Source: an uncultured Pseudomonadota bacterium (GTDB lineage Bacteria; SAR324; NAC60-12). Taken from it: DNA of 37,323 nucleotides. Positions 8,869 through 18,544 of this stretch are shown one piece after another. Below the pieces are notes generated by a model. It had not been told where the DNA came from, searched no databases, and saw only the letters and a list, made by a program, of their open reading frames with translations. The position numbers were made by a program, and so were the translations under genes. Within the stretch, counting starts at the first letter, position 1, and every line of letters starts with the position of its first letter. The stretch covers positions 1 through 37,323 of the forward strand of contig CAJWCD010000017.1 of the NCBI GenBank assembly GCA_913020725.1. The letters are read 5' to 3'.

Positions 8869-9813
8869 TGAAAAAACACGGTCTCCGGCCTCTGACTTCC
8901 GGAGCCTGTGTTTGCTCTTCTCCAAGCTCTGGGGTTGCTAAGAAACCTCTGCAGCACACGCGACTCCGTCAACGGAATCCCATTTGACTATTGCACGAGC
9001 TTTCCAGCAAACGGTACTCTGCGTGGCCATGCCTGCAGCAGAGAACGCTGGACGGCGTCCCTGCTACGGCTTTGGCTGACTCCACTCCACTTCCGGAATG
9101 CGGACATTTTCATGCCCCCGGACTTGGGTGGCAATTTCGCCACCGCCTAGAATCCCCCAATCTCTTGGGTAATGTTGTGACAAGAACCTATGCTTCAGGC
9201 CACCTGCCTCATGCTCGGCAGTCCGACCTGTTCCTTTGCACAAATCCCTTCTGTTTTGTAAACCGAAGGTGCGGGCGCGGCAAAGCGCCTGACAATTTGT
9301 GTTTGGATTCTGCAACACACTCCGGAGCTTGCGCTCCGTTGTGCCATCGATCCAGCGCATCACTCCCTCAGCAAGGGGGTGATCCACTCCAACCGACGGG
9401 CGGATGCACGTCTGCACGGTTTTCTGCCGGGCGGCAATCGTGCTTTTGCCACCACGGGCTGCCCCAATCCCCACATTGTCCAAACGGAATTCCGGAGGGA
9501 TGGACAGAGTTCCCCTGAGATTCTCCACTGTCCGAGAATCCGGGAGACCTGCTCCAGCACACAACCCTTGGCTGCACCGGAGATCCGTGTTGCTCTGCTG
9601 CTCTTGCCGTAATTGAAGCGGCGTGAGAGCGCGGGCTTGCGCACGCATGACTGGCCTTTGGTCTTTAACTCATGGTTTTTGACTCACCTCCATGTTGTGG
9701 GTTGAACAGCGTCCATTTCGTTCAGAGAATGCCGTTGCTGCGCACCAGTTCGATGCCCATCAAAGGCGCTCCCTTGGGAGCTTGGGGCTGGATTTCTCCA
9801 GCCCCGGTCAGTG

Positions 9814-11418
9814 TTACTGCGCACCGCCAAGCAGTTGCAGGACGGATTTCGGAATCTGATTCGCCTGCGCGGCCATCGCCGTGCCTGAGGCAAGCAGAAT
9901 CTGATTCTTGGTGAAATCACTCATCTCCTTAGCCATGTCCGTGTCACGGATCACCGACTCGGCGTTCACCATGTTCTCCTGCGCGACCCGGAGGTTCTTG
10001 AGGTTGTTCTCCAGAGAGTTGCGCTGGAACGAACCGAGATCGCCCCGCAGGACAGAGAGTTCATCAATCGCCTCGTCAATGAGGATCAGGGCATCCTGCG
10101 CCCCTTCCCCGGAAGTCAGGTCAATGTCTGCCAAACTCCGGTATTCGCTCTCGTTATCGATGCCCCGCGACATGTTGTCCGTGCGCAGGTTGCCCAACGA
10201 GAACCGCACCGTCTGATTGGCGTTCGGGCCAATCTGGTAGGTCACGGAGTTCTGTGCCACATGGACGTAGCCGTCCACCTCATCGCTGATCAGTTCTTCT
10301 GCCGTTGAGCGTACAAGTTGCTGGCCGACCACGTTGCCCTGTGCGTCCTTAATGTCCTCCACGCGGGTCTCCAGTTCACCACTGTACTCAACCACCAGCC
10401 CCTCAATCGGGGTGGCGTGCCCTCCGTAGAGGAACTGTCCTTTGCCCACGGAAACCTCCCCGCCGATGTAACCCCCGACGTCCTGCCCTCCATCAGAATA
10501 GGTCGCGTCAAATCCCTTCTCCGCGAGGATGCCAGGAATGCTGGAAACCACGCTGAAGCTCGGCTTGGAGCCGAACATCTTATGCCGCACGGTCAACATG
10601 CCCATCTCGTTGATGTAGACATCCACCTTGAGGCCGGACTCCCGCGCCTTGTCGTGCAGGGAGCGGGCGATCACTGTGGCCATCGCGGATTCAACCTGCT
10701 CCTTGTCGTAAACCTGCGGGTTCAGCCGATGGTTCTGGACGAGGGTCTGAAGGGTCTCCGCCAGCTCGTTATCCTCCATGGTCTTCAGTTCGATCACGCG
10801 GTTGCCCTCGTTGATGAGCAACTCAATGCCTTCCTCCACGTTCTGGAGGCTCACCGGCTTGAGACCCGAGACATAGGCGCGGGTGGCAATCTGCTGGATG
10901 TCCACCTCCCACCCCGTTTTGGTCGGAGCGTTTTTGGTTTCCGGAGTTGCACCCACGAAGCGTAGCTTCTGGCCGACCGTCACTCCGGTCACGGCAGAGC
11001 CGCCATCGAAGAGCGGCTTGTTGCCGAAGCCCGTCGTCATTGCCAAACGGTCGATCGTGCTGAGCAGCCGCTCGGCTTCGTTCTGATCGGCCTGCACCAT
11101 CTTCTGATCGTTGGCGCCTTCGTTGGCCGCGTGCAGGGCGAGCTGACGCATGTTGATGAGCATCGCGCTGATCTCACTCAACGTGCCCTCTGCCGTCTGC
11201 ACCATCGAAACCCCGATCTCTGAGTTCTTGATCGACTGATTGAGTCCGGAAATCTGTGCCCGCATGATCTCCGAAACGATCATGTCCGCCGGACCGTCCT
11301 TGCCGGAATTGATCCGTAAGCCGGATGAAAGGCGTTCGAGATTGGTCTCGGTCGCCCGATTCGTCTCCCCCAAATGCCTCAATGCATTCAGGGACGTCGG
11401 ATTGTGATTTACACGCAT
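9814..11418 (-). CDS. fliC: Flagellin (copy 5, 534 aa)
   Basis: Start MRVNHNP at ATG 11418 with GAGGAGG RBS; conserved termini; two insertions in the central domain relative to copies 1-3. Confidence 0.95.
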   Translation of the reverse strand: MRVNHNPTSLNALRHLGETNRATETNLERLSSGLRINSGKDGPADMIVSEIMRAQISGLNQSIKNSEIGVSMVQTAEGTLSEISAMLINMRQLALHAANEGANDQKMVQADQNEAERLLSTIDRLAMTTGFGNKPLFDGGSAVTGVTVGQKLRFVGATPETKNAPTKTGWEVDIQQIATRAYVSGLKPVSLQNVEEGIELLINEGNRVIELKTMEDNELAETLQTLVQNHRLNPQVYDKEQVESAMATVIARSLHDKARESGLKVDVYINEMGMLTVRHKMFGSKPSFSVVSSIPGILAEKGFDATYSDGGQDVGGYIGGEVSVGKGQFLYGGHATPIEGLVVEYSGELETRVEDIKDAQGNVVGQQLVRSTAEELISDEVDGYVHVAQNSVTYQIGPNANQTVRFSLGNLRTDNMSRGIDNESEYRSLADIDLTSGEGAQDALILIDEAIDELSVLRGDLGSFQRNSLENNLKNLRVAQENMVNAESVIRDTDMAKEMSDFTKNQILLASGTAMAAQANQIPKSVLQLLGGAQ

Positions 11419-11471
11419 ATGCCTCCTCGATGCGCAAGGTTTGCAAACCAAGTCTGAACTTGGCTTGTATT

Positions 11472-11494
11472 TCAGAAAGATAAAGTCTTCCTGA
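11472..11494. promoter_or_regulatory. 23-bp palindromic box upstream of flagellin 5
   Basis: TCAGAAAG-ATAAAGT-CTTCCTGA. Confidence 0.75.
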
Positions 11495-12267
11495 TAAACT
11501 GACGACTACTCGTGCTGTGATTCTGCGCTTGCGGCATTCCTGCTTGGAAAAGCCGCCGCAGACTCCAGTTCTACTTCACATTTTCTGCAAGTGCCCTTTC
11601 CGGAAGCGACTTTGCCGCTCTGCGAGTTCTGCGTTCACGACAGACCTCGACGAACGTGGGTTGACACCACAGTTCCGTTGTTCGGACCTGTCCTGTGAAC
11701 CCTGCGACTCGCCTTGAGCAGTGCCGCGCCGCGCCAATGCCGTGAAATCGCGCCCAGAGTTGCGATAGCTGCATCTCAAGGCTCGATCCTCAGCCAACAA
11801 AGAGGGCCAACTCAGGGGCTTGAACTCAACACACCGACTCGCTTGCGCAAGCCAAGGGTGTTTGGTTCCGGAGCAACCGTTTTCCAAACATGAGGTGCAG
11901 GCACCCGTTCCAGACTCAAACCATCTGGTGTGCTTGGAATCCGGCGGTCATTGCGGGGTGGAAGCCTGTTTTGCTCCAGCCTCAGCAATCTCCTGCCGGA
12001 ACACAGAATTGCTCTGCTTGCTTCCCGTCTCATCAAGCTGGACGGATGCGCTGCAGAAATCCATTTCCGGTCTCCCCTTGGGTCCGGAAGCCCCTGCGGA
12101 CTTCCAAATCCTCCCTCTTCTTCAGCAACAGTGTCTCATCAGAGAGCAAGCCTGTGCGGATCAAACCATCCGCAGACTGCCCACTGCTGTTCCGTTGGGG
12201 GTTTGCATTTCAAAGAACATCCCGGAATCCACCCACGCATGGTGGATGGACTTCCGGCCTTATCTCT

Positions 12268-12294
12268 TCATCGGCATTTCGGCAGAATCCTTTA
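12268..12294 (-). promoter_or_regulatory. sigma28 (FliA)-type promoter P2
   Basis: TAAA-N15-GCCGATGA versus the consensus TAAA-N15-GCCGATAA. Confidence 0.75.
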
Positions 12295-12362
12295 GTCCTT
12301 CCACCAAATTAAATGCCGAATCGGCCTGCCCGGACCTTGCCGGGCTTGTTGTCTTGTCCCGT

Positions 12363-12389
12363 GTATCGGCACTTGACTAGAGAACTTTA
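12363..12389 (-). promoter_or_regulatory. sigma28 (FliA)-type promoter P1
   Basis: TAAAGTTC-N11-GCCGATAC. Confidence 0.8.
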
Positions 12390-12449
12390 GCGGCAAAACG
12401 ATTAGGAAGTCGGAAGGTGATGCTCTGGGGCGAGCCCGCCTGCTGGAGG

Positions 12450-13436
12450 CTAGAAGCGGTAGGTGAATCCGAAGAGGGGATAAGTGCGGGCGGCGAGGGG
12501 GTTGCGGGCGGTTTCGCCAGACTTGCGGGCAACGAACTGGGACTCGCGGAGTCGGCGGTTCACGAGAATCGTGTCCCACCACGCATGAATGGCAATCGGC
12601 TCGATCAGGTCAAACTGACCAACTTCGGGGTTGTAAACCCAGCCAAGGTACATGCCCGCGCCAAACGCGACTCCTGAATTTGCGGAGAAGCCTTGTCCGG
12701 AATGGGCGGCTCCAAAAATGGCGCTGGCGGTGACGAGGCTTGTCCAGCGGGCGGCTTTCTTGGAGAGGAAGCCGGAGAACCCGTTGTAGAGCGAGCGCTG
12801 GATCACGCCCCGGAAAAGCATCTCCTCGCCGATGCCCACAAGCTGGTACTGCACGAACGAGAGATTGATCATCTCCTGCCACGAGAGGTTGGTATCCACA
12901 TGATAGGTCACGTTGTCCGATCCCAACGGAACCACTCCCGCATAAACCACGGGCGCCCAAAAAGTCGGCTCCGCCCAGAAGTGATCAATGCGGAAGGGCG
13001 CGGCCATCAGCTTATAGGTCTCGGACTTGGAGCCGCAGCCGTCATAAAGGTCGTAGATGGTGGCGAAGGTGAGGTTGCCGTACATGCTCGCGTAGGCTTT
13101 GCCGTAAAAGGTCTCACGGGACAAGTAGATGTCCATCTTCTGCCGCTCCTTGCCATCCACTGTGATCTGCTCGGTTTTGTAGATGTCCCGGTAATCTTTC
13201 AGATAATTCGGGCTGCGGGCGAAGGAAGCGTACTTGCTGAGCGCCGCCCAGCGCAACCCGCCGAAGATCACGGCCTTGTCGTACTCGCCGAGCAGGGCGT
13301 AGCCCACTCCCGGCAGCAGATACTCTCCCAGCATGGCCCCGATGCATGCCAACCCCGTACGCTCCGCCTGAGCCGTTCCCGTGGTGGCAAGCAGCACGGC
13401 CAGCCCTACAAGCAGGTAACGGAGGAAGCGCGGCAT
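12450..13436 (-). CDS. CPBP (Abi/type II CAAX) family intramembrane glutamic endopeptidase
   Basis: EEMLFRG, FGAAH and HAWWD motifs; signal-peptide-like N-terminus from ATG 13436. Confidence 0.85.
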   Translation of the reverse strand: MPRFLRYLLVGLAVLLATTGTAQAERTGLACIGAMLGEYLLPGVGYALLGEYDKAVIFGGLRWAALSKYASFARSPNYLKDYRDIYKTEQITVDGKERQKMDIYLSRETFYGKAYASMYGNLTFATIYDLYDGCGSKSETYKLMAAPFRIDHFWAEPTFWAPVVYAGVVPLGSDNVTYHVDTNLSWQEMINLSFVQYQLVGIGEEMLFRGVIQRSLYNGFSGFLSKKAARWTSLVTASAIFGAAHSGQGFSANSGVAFGAGMYLGWVYNPEVGQFDLIEPIAIHAWWDTILVNRRLRESQFVARKSGETARNPLAARTYPLFGFTYRF

Positions 13437-13440
13437 GGCC

Positions 13441-14325
13441 CTACGCAAGCGCGGCAGCTCCGTACACCCCGCTGGCGTCGCCAAGCTGGTTCGGACGGAT
13501 TTGGGTGGAGAGTTCGCGGTTGAGGACGAGTTCGGCGATACGCTCGCGTCCCTCGTTGTAGAGCATGGGCAAATTGGAGACTCCGCCGCCGATGACAATG
13601 GCGTCCGGATCGAAGCAGAAGATGAGGTTCGCCAGTGCTTGCGCGTAGAGTTCGAGGAAGCTTGCCATCACGGCCTGCGCATCCGGGTCGGCGCCGTCCT
13701 TGGCGTGATCGTGAATCTCCGGGGCCGATTTCTCACGACCTGTGCGTTCCCGATACATACGGCGGATTCCGGTTCCGGAAATGTACTGCTCCTGACAACC
13801 GCGCCGCCCGCAGTAGCAGAGCGCTCCCTGCGGGTCAATCGTCGAGTGTCCCCACTCCCCGGCAAGCCCCTGCGCTCCGGGCCACACGCGCCCCTGATAG
13901 ACCACACCACCACCCATCCCCGTGCCCAAAATCACGCCCAGCACCACGCCAAAACCCTTGCCCGCGCCGTGCAACGCCTCAATGAGCGCAAAGCAATTCG
14001 CGTCGTTGCCAATCGTCACTCCACACCCTGCCGCGTTTTCTAGGTCAGCTTGCAGTGATTGTCCGGACAGGCAGAGGATGTTGGAGGTGGCGACCACGCC
14101 ATCCTGAGGCGACATCACCCCCGGAATCCCCAACCCAACCCGCGCCTTGCCCTCACATTTTTCCTGCAACTCCTGAATCAATGTGGCCAACTCCTGCACG
14201 AGCGCCTCATAGCCCTCCGTCTGCAAAGTCGGAACACGACGACGCTCCAGCACCTCCATTGGATTCTCGGTGGTGAGGATGGTCTCGATTTTGGTCCCGC
14301 CCAAGTCAATGCCAATTCGTCTCAT
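13441..14325 (-). CDS. ROK family sugar kinase (Mak/fructokinase-like)
   Basis: GIDLGGTK, NDANCFA, GTGMGGG, GEWGH and Zn motif CYCGRRGC. Confidence 0.92.
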   Translation of the reverse strand: MRRIGIDLGGTKIETILTTENPMEVLERRRVPTLQTEGYEALVQELATLIQELQEKCEGKARVGLGIPGVMSPQDGVVATSNILCLSGQSLQADLENAAGCGVTIGNDANCFALIEALHGAGKGFGVVLGVILGTGMGGGVVYQGRVWPGAQGLAGEWGHSTIDPQGALCYCGRRGCQEQYISGTGIRRMYRERTGREKSAPEIHDHAKDGADPDAQAVMASFLELYAQALANLIFCFDPDAIVIGGGVSNLPMLYNEGRERIAELVLNRELSTQIRPNQLGDASGVYGAAALA

Positions 14326-14476
14326 AACAAAACTCTCCATGCACAACCGACGAAGTGTAAGCCAAACCCCGCAAAAATCCAGCCCTTTCCGAGGGAATCC
14401 GCTTGTCCTTCCAGCGTGGATCGTGCAGAATTTTCGTTTTTCTGCGACTCAACTCACACTCCCAACCCCTGACCTG

Positions 14477-16951
14477 ATGGCCTTGCAGATTCCCCTGAAC
14501 TGGATGCGCGACTTCGTGGACTGGTCCCTTGCAGACGATGAGCTTGCAGAACGTCTCACCATCGCCGGACTGGAGGTCGAGGCCATTGAGCCGATGGGAA
14601 AAAGCTGGGGGGAACTCTGCTTTGTGGCAGAAATCGCCGCTGTCGAAAAGCACCCGGACGCGGATGCGCTCAGCCTCGTGACCGTACAGTATGGAGCGGG
14701 GCAGCCGCTGACGGTCGTGACCGGGGCACCCAACGTGCGGGAGTTTGAAGCCGGACTGCCGGAGCCAGCGCCCAAGGTCGCGCTCGCCGTGGTCGGTGCA
14801 ATGCTTGTGGACGCTTACACTGAGGGGCATCCGCTCAAGCAACTCAAGCCCTCCAAAATCCGGGGCATCCGCTCCGAGGGCATGATCTGCTCCGAACTGG
14901 AATTGGGCATCGGCGAGGCGCACGAAGGCATTCTGCTGCTGCCTCCGGATGCACCAACCGGAACGCTGCTCAAGGATTACCTCGGCGACACGGTCCTGCA
15001 CTTTGACATCAAGGGCGGCTTTGCGCACCTGCTTTCGATCCTTGGTGTGGCTCGTGAAACCGCTGCCCTGCTCAACACCTCGCTCAAGCACGACCTGCTG
15101 CCGGACACCTCAGCGCTGACCACGACCGAGCAACCCGACTACATCGGGTTGGAGATCACCGCGCCGGATCTCTGCTCACGCTACTCCGTGCTGCTCATCC
15201 GGAACATCAAGGTGGAACCATCCCCTTTCTGGATGCAGCAGCGCCTCTTGCGCTCCGGAATGCGTCCGATCAACAACATCGTGGACATCACGAACTATGT
15301 GATGCTCGAACTCGGCCAGCCACTCCATGCCTTTGATTACACGGTGCTGCAAGCACGAGCGGGAGGGCGACCGACGATCACCATCCGCCGCTCCCATCCC
15401 GGAGAGACGATCACCACGCTGGATGAGGTGGAGCGCCAGCTTGGTCCGGACACGCTGATGATCTCCGACACTACCGGAACCGTCGGCATCGCCGGAGTGA
15501 TGGGCGGCGGCAACTCCGAGGTTTCGGAACAGACCACCGAAGTTTTGCTGGAAGCCGCAAATTTCGAGTTCCTCAACAACCGCAAAACCAGCCAGTTGCT
15601 CAAGCTGCGCACTGAAGCAAGCGAGCGTTTCGGCAAACAACTTGATCCAGAAGGAACCCTTCCCGCCGTACTCCGCGCCGCACAACTGCTGGTCGCTCAC
15701 GCAAGCGGCACGTTGGAGCCGATTGCCGGAGACCTTTACCCGGAGCGTCCCGAAACCGTGGTTTTGGAACTCGATCCGGATTACGTCCGCCGCGTCATCG
15801 GGGTGGACCTGAGCAATGCCGAGATGGTGCGCATCCTCACGGCGCTGGAATTTGAGGTGGACTCCGGGAAGACGTTACGAGTCACCGTGCCCAGCCACCG
15901 CCTAGATGTCCGGATTCTCGCCGATCTTGTGGAGGAAATCGCCCGCATCCACGGTTACAACAACATGCCTCCGTCACTGATCCGCGATGAACTGCCACCG
16001 CAGCGTCCGAACCTCAAGCTCGACAACGCAGACCGCATCCGCGATTTGCTCACCTCGCTGGGGCTGGACGAGATCATCACCTACTCGATGATCAACCCGA
16101 AGGACGACGCCCGCTTGCAGATGCAGGAGGCGGTGGACCTCGGCGAGTACGTGCCCGTCGTCAACCCCCTCACGCAGGAACGCACCCACTTGCGCCGCAG
16201 CCTGCTTCCGGGTGCGCTTGGTACGGCACGCTCGAATTTGCGTTTCATGGATCGCGTCGCCACCTTTGAGGTCGGCGGAGTTTTTCACCCCAAGTCCGGG
16301 CAGGTACTTCCGGAAGAACCTCAGCGCTTAAACCTGCTGCTCACCGGAACCCAACAGGGCAGTTCGTGGTTGGGGGCCGACTCCGGAAACCTCGATTTCT
16401 TCGACCTCAAAGGGATCGTTGAGCAAATGCTCGACACGCTGCACTGCACCAACGCAGAATTCCGCAAGGCCCAAACCCTGCCGTGGCATCCCGGACGCTG
16501 TGCGGAACTGCAAATCGCCGGAGAAGCCGTGGGACATTTGGGTGAGTTGCACCCTGCGATTCGACAATCCTTCGGACTTCCGGAACAGCCGATCGCCCTT
16601 GCCGAGTTCGACTTTGACCGCATGATGGCCCTGATCTCCGGAGAGTACCTGATGCGCGAGATTTCTCCGTTCACGCCAATTTACGAAGACCTCGCACTCG
16701 TGGTCGATACCGGACTTTCCGCCGCTGCGGTGCTTTCCGCGCTGCTGGAGTTCGGCAAGCCCTTGCTGCGCAAGGCCAGACTCTTCGACGTGTACGAAGG
16801 CGAGCAGGTCGGTGTGGGCAAGAAAAGCCTCGCCTACGCGCTCACCTACCAAGCGCTGGACCGCACCCTCACGGACAAGGATGTGGAGAAAGTCCGCAAG
16901 CGTATCGTCCGCAAGTTGGAGCAGGCATTTCAAGCACACCTGCGGGGCTGA
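14477..16951 (+). CDS. pheT: Phenylalanine-tRNA ligase beta subunit
   Basis: tRNA-binding OB fold (HPDAD, IRGIRSEGMICS), RPINNIVDITNYVMLELGQPLHAFD, DLVEEIARIHGY, C-terminal FDX-ACB domain. Confidence 0.97.
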   Translation: MALQIPLNWMRDFVDWSLADDELAERLTIAGLEVEAIEPMGKSWGELCFVAEIAAVEKHPDADALSLVTVQYGAGQPLTVVTGAPNVREFEAGLPEPAPKVALAVVGAMLVDAYTEGHPLKQLKPSKIRGIRSEGMICSELELGIGEAHEGILLLPPDAPTGTLLKDYLGDTVLHFDIKGGFAHLLSILGVARETAALLNTSLKHDLLPDTSALTTTEQPDYIGLEITAPDLCSRYSVLLIRNIKVEPSPFWMQQRLLRSGMRPINNIVDITNYVMLELGQPLHAFDYTVLQARAGGRPTITIRRSHPGETITTLDEVERQLGPDTLMISDTTGTVGIAGVMGGGNSEVSEQTTEVLLEAANFEFLNNRKTSQLLKLRTEASERFGKQLDPEGTLPAVLRAAQLLVAHASGTLEPIAGDLYPERPETVVLELDPDYVRRVIGVDLSNAEMVRILTALEFEVDSGKTLRVTVPSHRLDVRILADLVEEIARIHGYNNMPPSLIRDELPPQRPNLKLDNADRIRDLLTSLGLDEIITYSMINPKDDARLQMQEAVDLGEYVPVVNPLTQERTHLRRSLLPGALGTARSNLRFMDRVATFEVGGVFHPKSGQVLPEEPQRLNLLLTGTQQGSSWLGADSGNLDFFDLKGIVEQMLDTLHCTNAEFRKAQTLPWHPGRCAELQIAGEAVGHLGELHPAIRQSFGLPEQPIALAEFDFDRMMALISGEYLMREISPFTPIYEDLALVVDTGLSAAAVLSALLEFGKPLLRKARLFDVYEGEQVGVGKKSLAYALTYQALDRTLTDKDVEKVRKRIVRKLEQAFQAHLRG

Positions 16952-17316
16952 TGGAAAGCGGCATTCGGCACACCCTGCGGGCGCTTGGTTATTCGCTGGA
17001 AGGACTCACCGCAGCCATCAAGCACGAGCTCGCCTTTCGGCAGGAACTCGCCTTTGCGGTGGTGCTGGTGCCTGCGGCTTTGCTCATTCCCACGGACTGG
17101 TTGCATCGGCTCTACCTGATTGGAGCACTGTTTCTGGTCCTGATCGTGGAGCTGCTCAACTCGGCGATTGAAGCCACCATTGACCGCATTTCTGAAGAAC
17201 GACACCCGCTTTCCAAACGCGCCAAAGACCTCGGCAGTGCCGCCGTGTTTCTCAGCCTGCTGCACCTTGGCGTGGCTTGGCTGGTCACGCTTTATCTTTG
17301 GTGGAAAAACGCATGA
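16951..17316 (+). CDS. dgkA: Diacylglycerol kinase
   Basis: ELAFRQE, VELLNSAIEATID, AKDLGSAAV; three hydrophobic helices. Confidence 0.93.
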   Translation: MESGIRHTLRALGYSLEGLTAAIKHELAFRQELAFAVVLVPAALLIPTDWLHRLYLIGALFLVLIVELLNSAIEATIDRISEERHPLSKRAKDLGSAAVFLSLLHLGVAWLVTLYLWWKNA

Positions 17317-17567
17317 AACTCACGCTCGTCCCCTTCGCCATCCTGCGGGAACTGCTTCCGGAATCCGCGCTTGAACAGGAGGTTCCGGAGGGCACCACTG
17401 CCACGCAACTCATGCACCTACTCGCCCAAGCCCATCCCGAAGCTGAAGGCATTCTGCGCGTCACGCGGCTCGCGCACGAGGACGAGTACATGGGCCGCGA
17501 AACCCTGCTCCAAGACGGAGCCGAGTATTGTCTGATCCCGCCCGTCAGCGGTGGGCGAGGACAATGA
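17313..17567 (+). CDS. MoaD/ThiS-family sulfur carrier protein with C-terminal extension
   Basis: FAILRE N-terminal motif and IPPVSGG followed by RGQ; ATGA overlap with dgkA. Confidence 0.85.
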   Translation: MKLTLVPFAILRELLPESALEQEVPEGTTATQLMHLLAQAHPEAEGILRVTRLAHEDEYMGRETLLQDGAEYCLIPPVSGGRGQ

Positions 17568-17638
17568 CCCGTGGACAGTGATTGGTGATTCCGATTCATG
17601 GTTCACGGATAACTGAAAACTGGTAACTGAAAACTCTC

Positions 17639-18412
17639 ATGAGATTGAAAGACAAAGTCGCCCTCATCACGGGTGCAGCCAGCGGCATTGGCCGCGAATC
17701 CGCCCTCCTGTTCACCCAAGAAGGTGCCAAAGTGGTGGCCGTGGACCTCAACGACGAGGCTGGAGAAGCCACTGTCGCGGAAATCCGCAGTGCCGGGCAA
17801 GCCGCGATTTACGTCCATGCGGATGTCTCCAAGGCAGCAGACTGCGAGGCGATGGTTGCTGCCGCCGAACGCGAGTACGGGCAACTCAACGTGCTCTTCA
17901 ACAATGCGGGCATCATGCACGGCAGCGATGACAATGCAATGGTGACGGACGAAGACACCTGGGATTTGACGATGGCGATCAACCTCAAGGGTGTGTTCCT
18001 TGGCTGCAAGTACGGCATTCCGGCGTTGCAACGGGCCGGAGGCGGGTCGGTCATCAACACCGCTTCCTTCGTTGCCCTCTTGGGCGCGGCGACTCCGCAA
18101 ATCGCCTACACTGCAAGCAAAGGCGGGGTCTTGGCCATGAGCCGGGAGCTTGCCGTGGTCCACGCCCGTGAGAACATCCGCGTCAACGCGCTCTGCCCCG
18201 GCCCGCTGCGCACGGAGTTGTTGATGAAGTTCCTCGACACCGAGGCTAAAAAACAGCGGCGGCTCGTCCATGTGCCGATGGGACGTTTCGGTGAAGCGGC
18301 CGAGATGGCTAAGGCCGCGCTCTTCCTCGCGTCTGACGAATCCTCGTACATGACAGGCACGGAGTTCGCGGTCGATGGCGGCATCACTGCCGCGTATGTG
18401 ACGCCTGAGTAA
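17639..18412 (+). CDS. SDR family oxidoreductase
   Basis: TGAASGIG, NNAG, YTASK motifs. Confidence 0.95.
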   Translation: MRLKDKVALITGAASGIGRESALLFTQEGAKVVAVDLNDEAGEATVAEIRSAGQAAIYVHADVSKAADCEAMVAAAEREYGQLNVLFNNAGIMHGSDDNAMVTDEDTWDLTMAINLKGVFLGCKYGIPALQRAGGGSVINTASFVALLGAATPQIAYTASKGGVLAMSRELAVVHARENIRVNALCPGPLRTELLMKFLDTEAKKQRRLVHVPMGRFGEAAEMAKAALFLASDESSYMTGTEFAVDGGITAAYVTPE

Positions 18413-18544
18413 GAAGCTGTCTGGATAAAATGGTTGCGTTCCGAATTCACAAAACCGCTGGTAGCATGAGTCGGCGCACCCGTGCCCACATCCGGCGGGC
18501 GCGGGTATGCCACCCCGTGCCACCACGGCACAGGGCGTTTTCTC

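Noticed and set aside
12027..12142. Minus-strand (C/U)UGAUGAGAC motifs as hammerheads
   Set aside because: No GAAA or stem III/NUH in register.
17610..17635. TAACTGAAA short direct repeat upstream of the SDR gene
   Set aside because: Only two copies; too short to assign a function.
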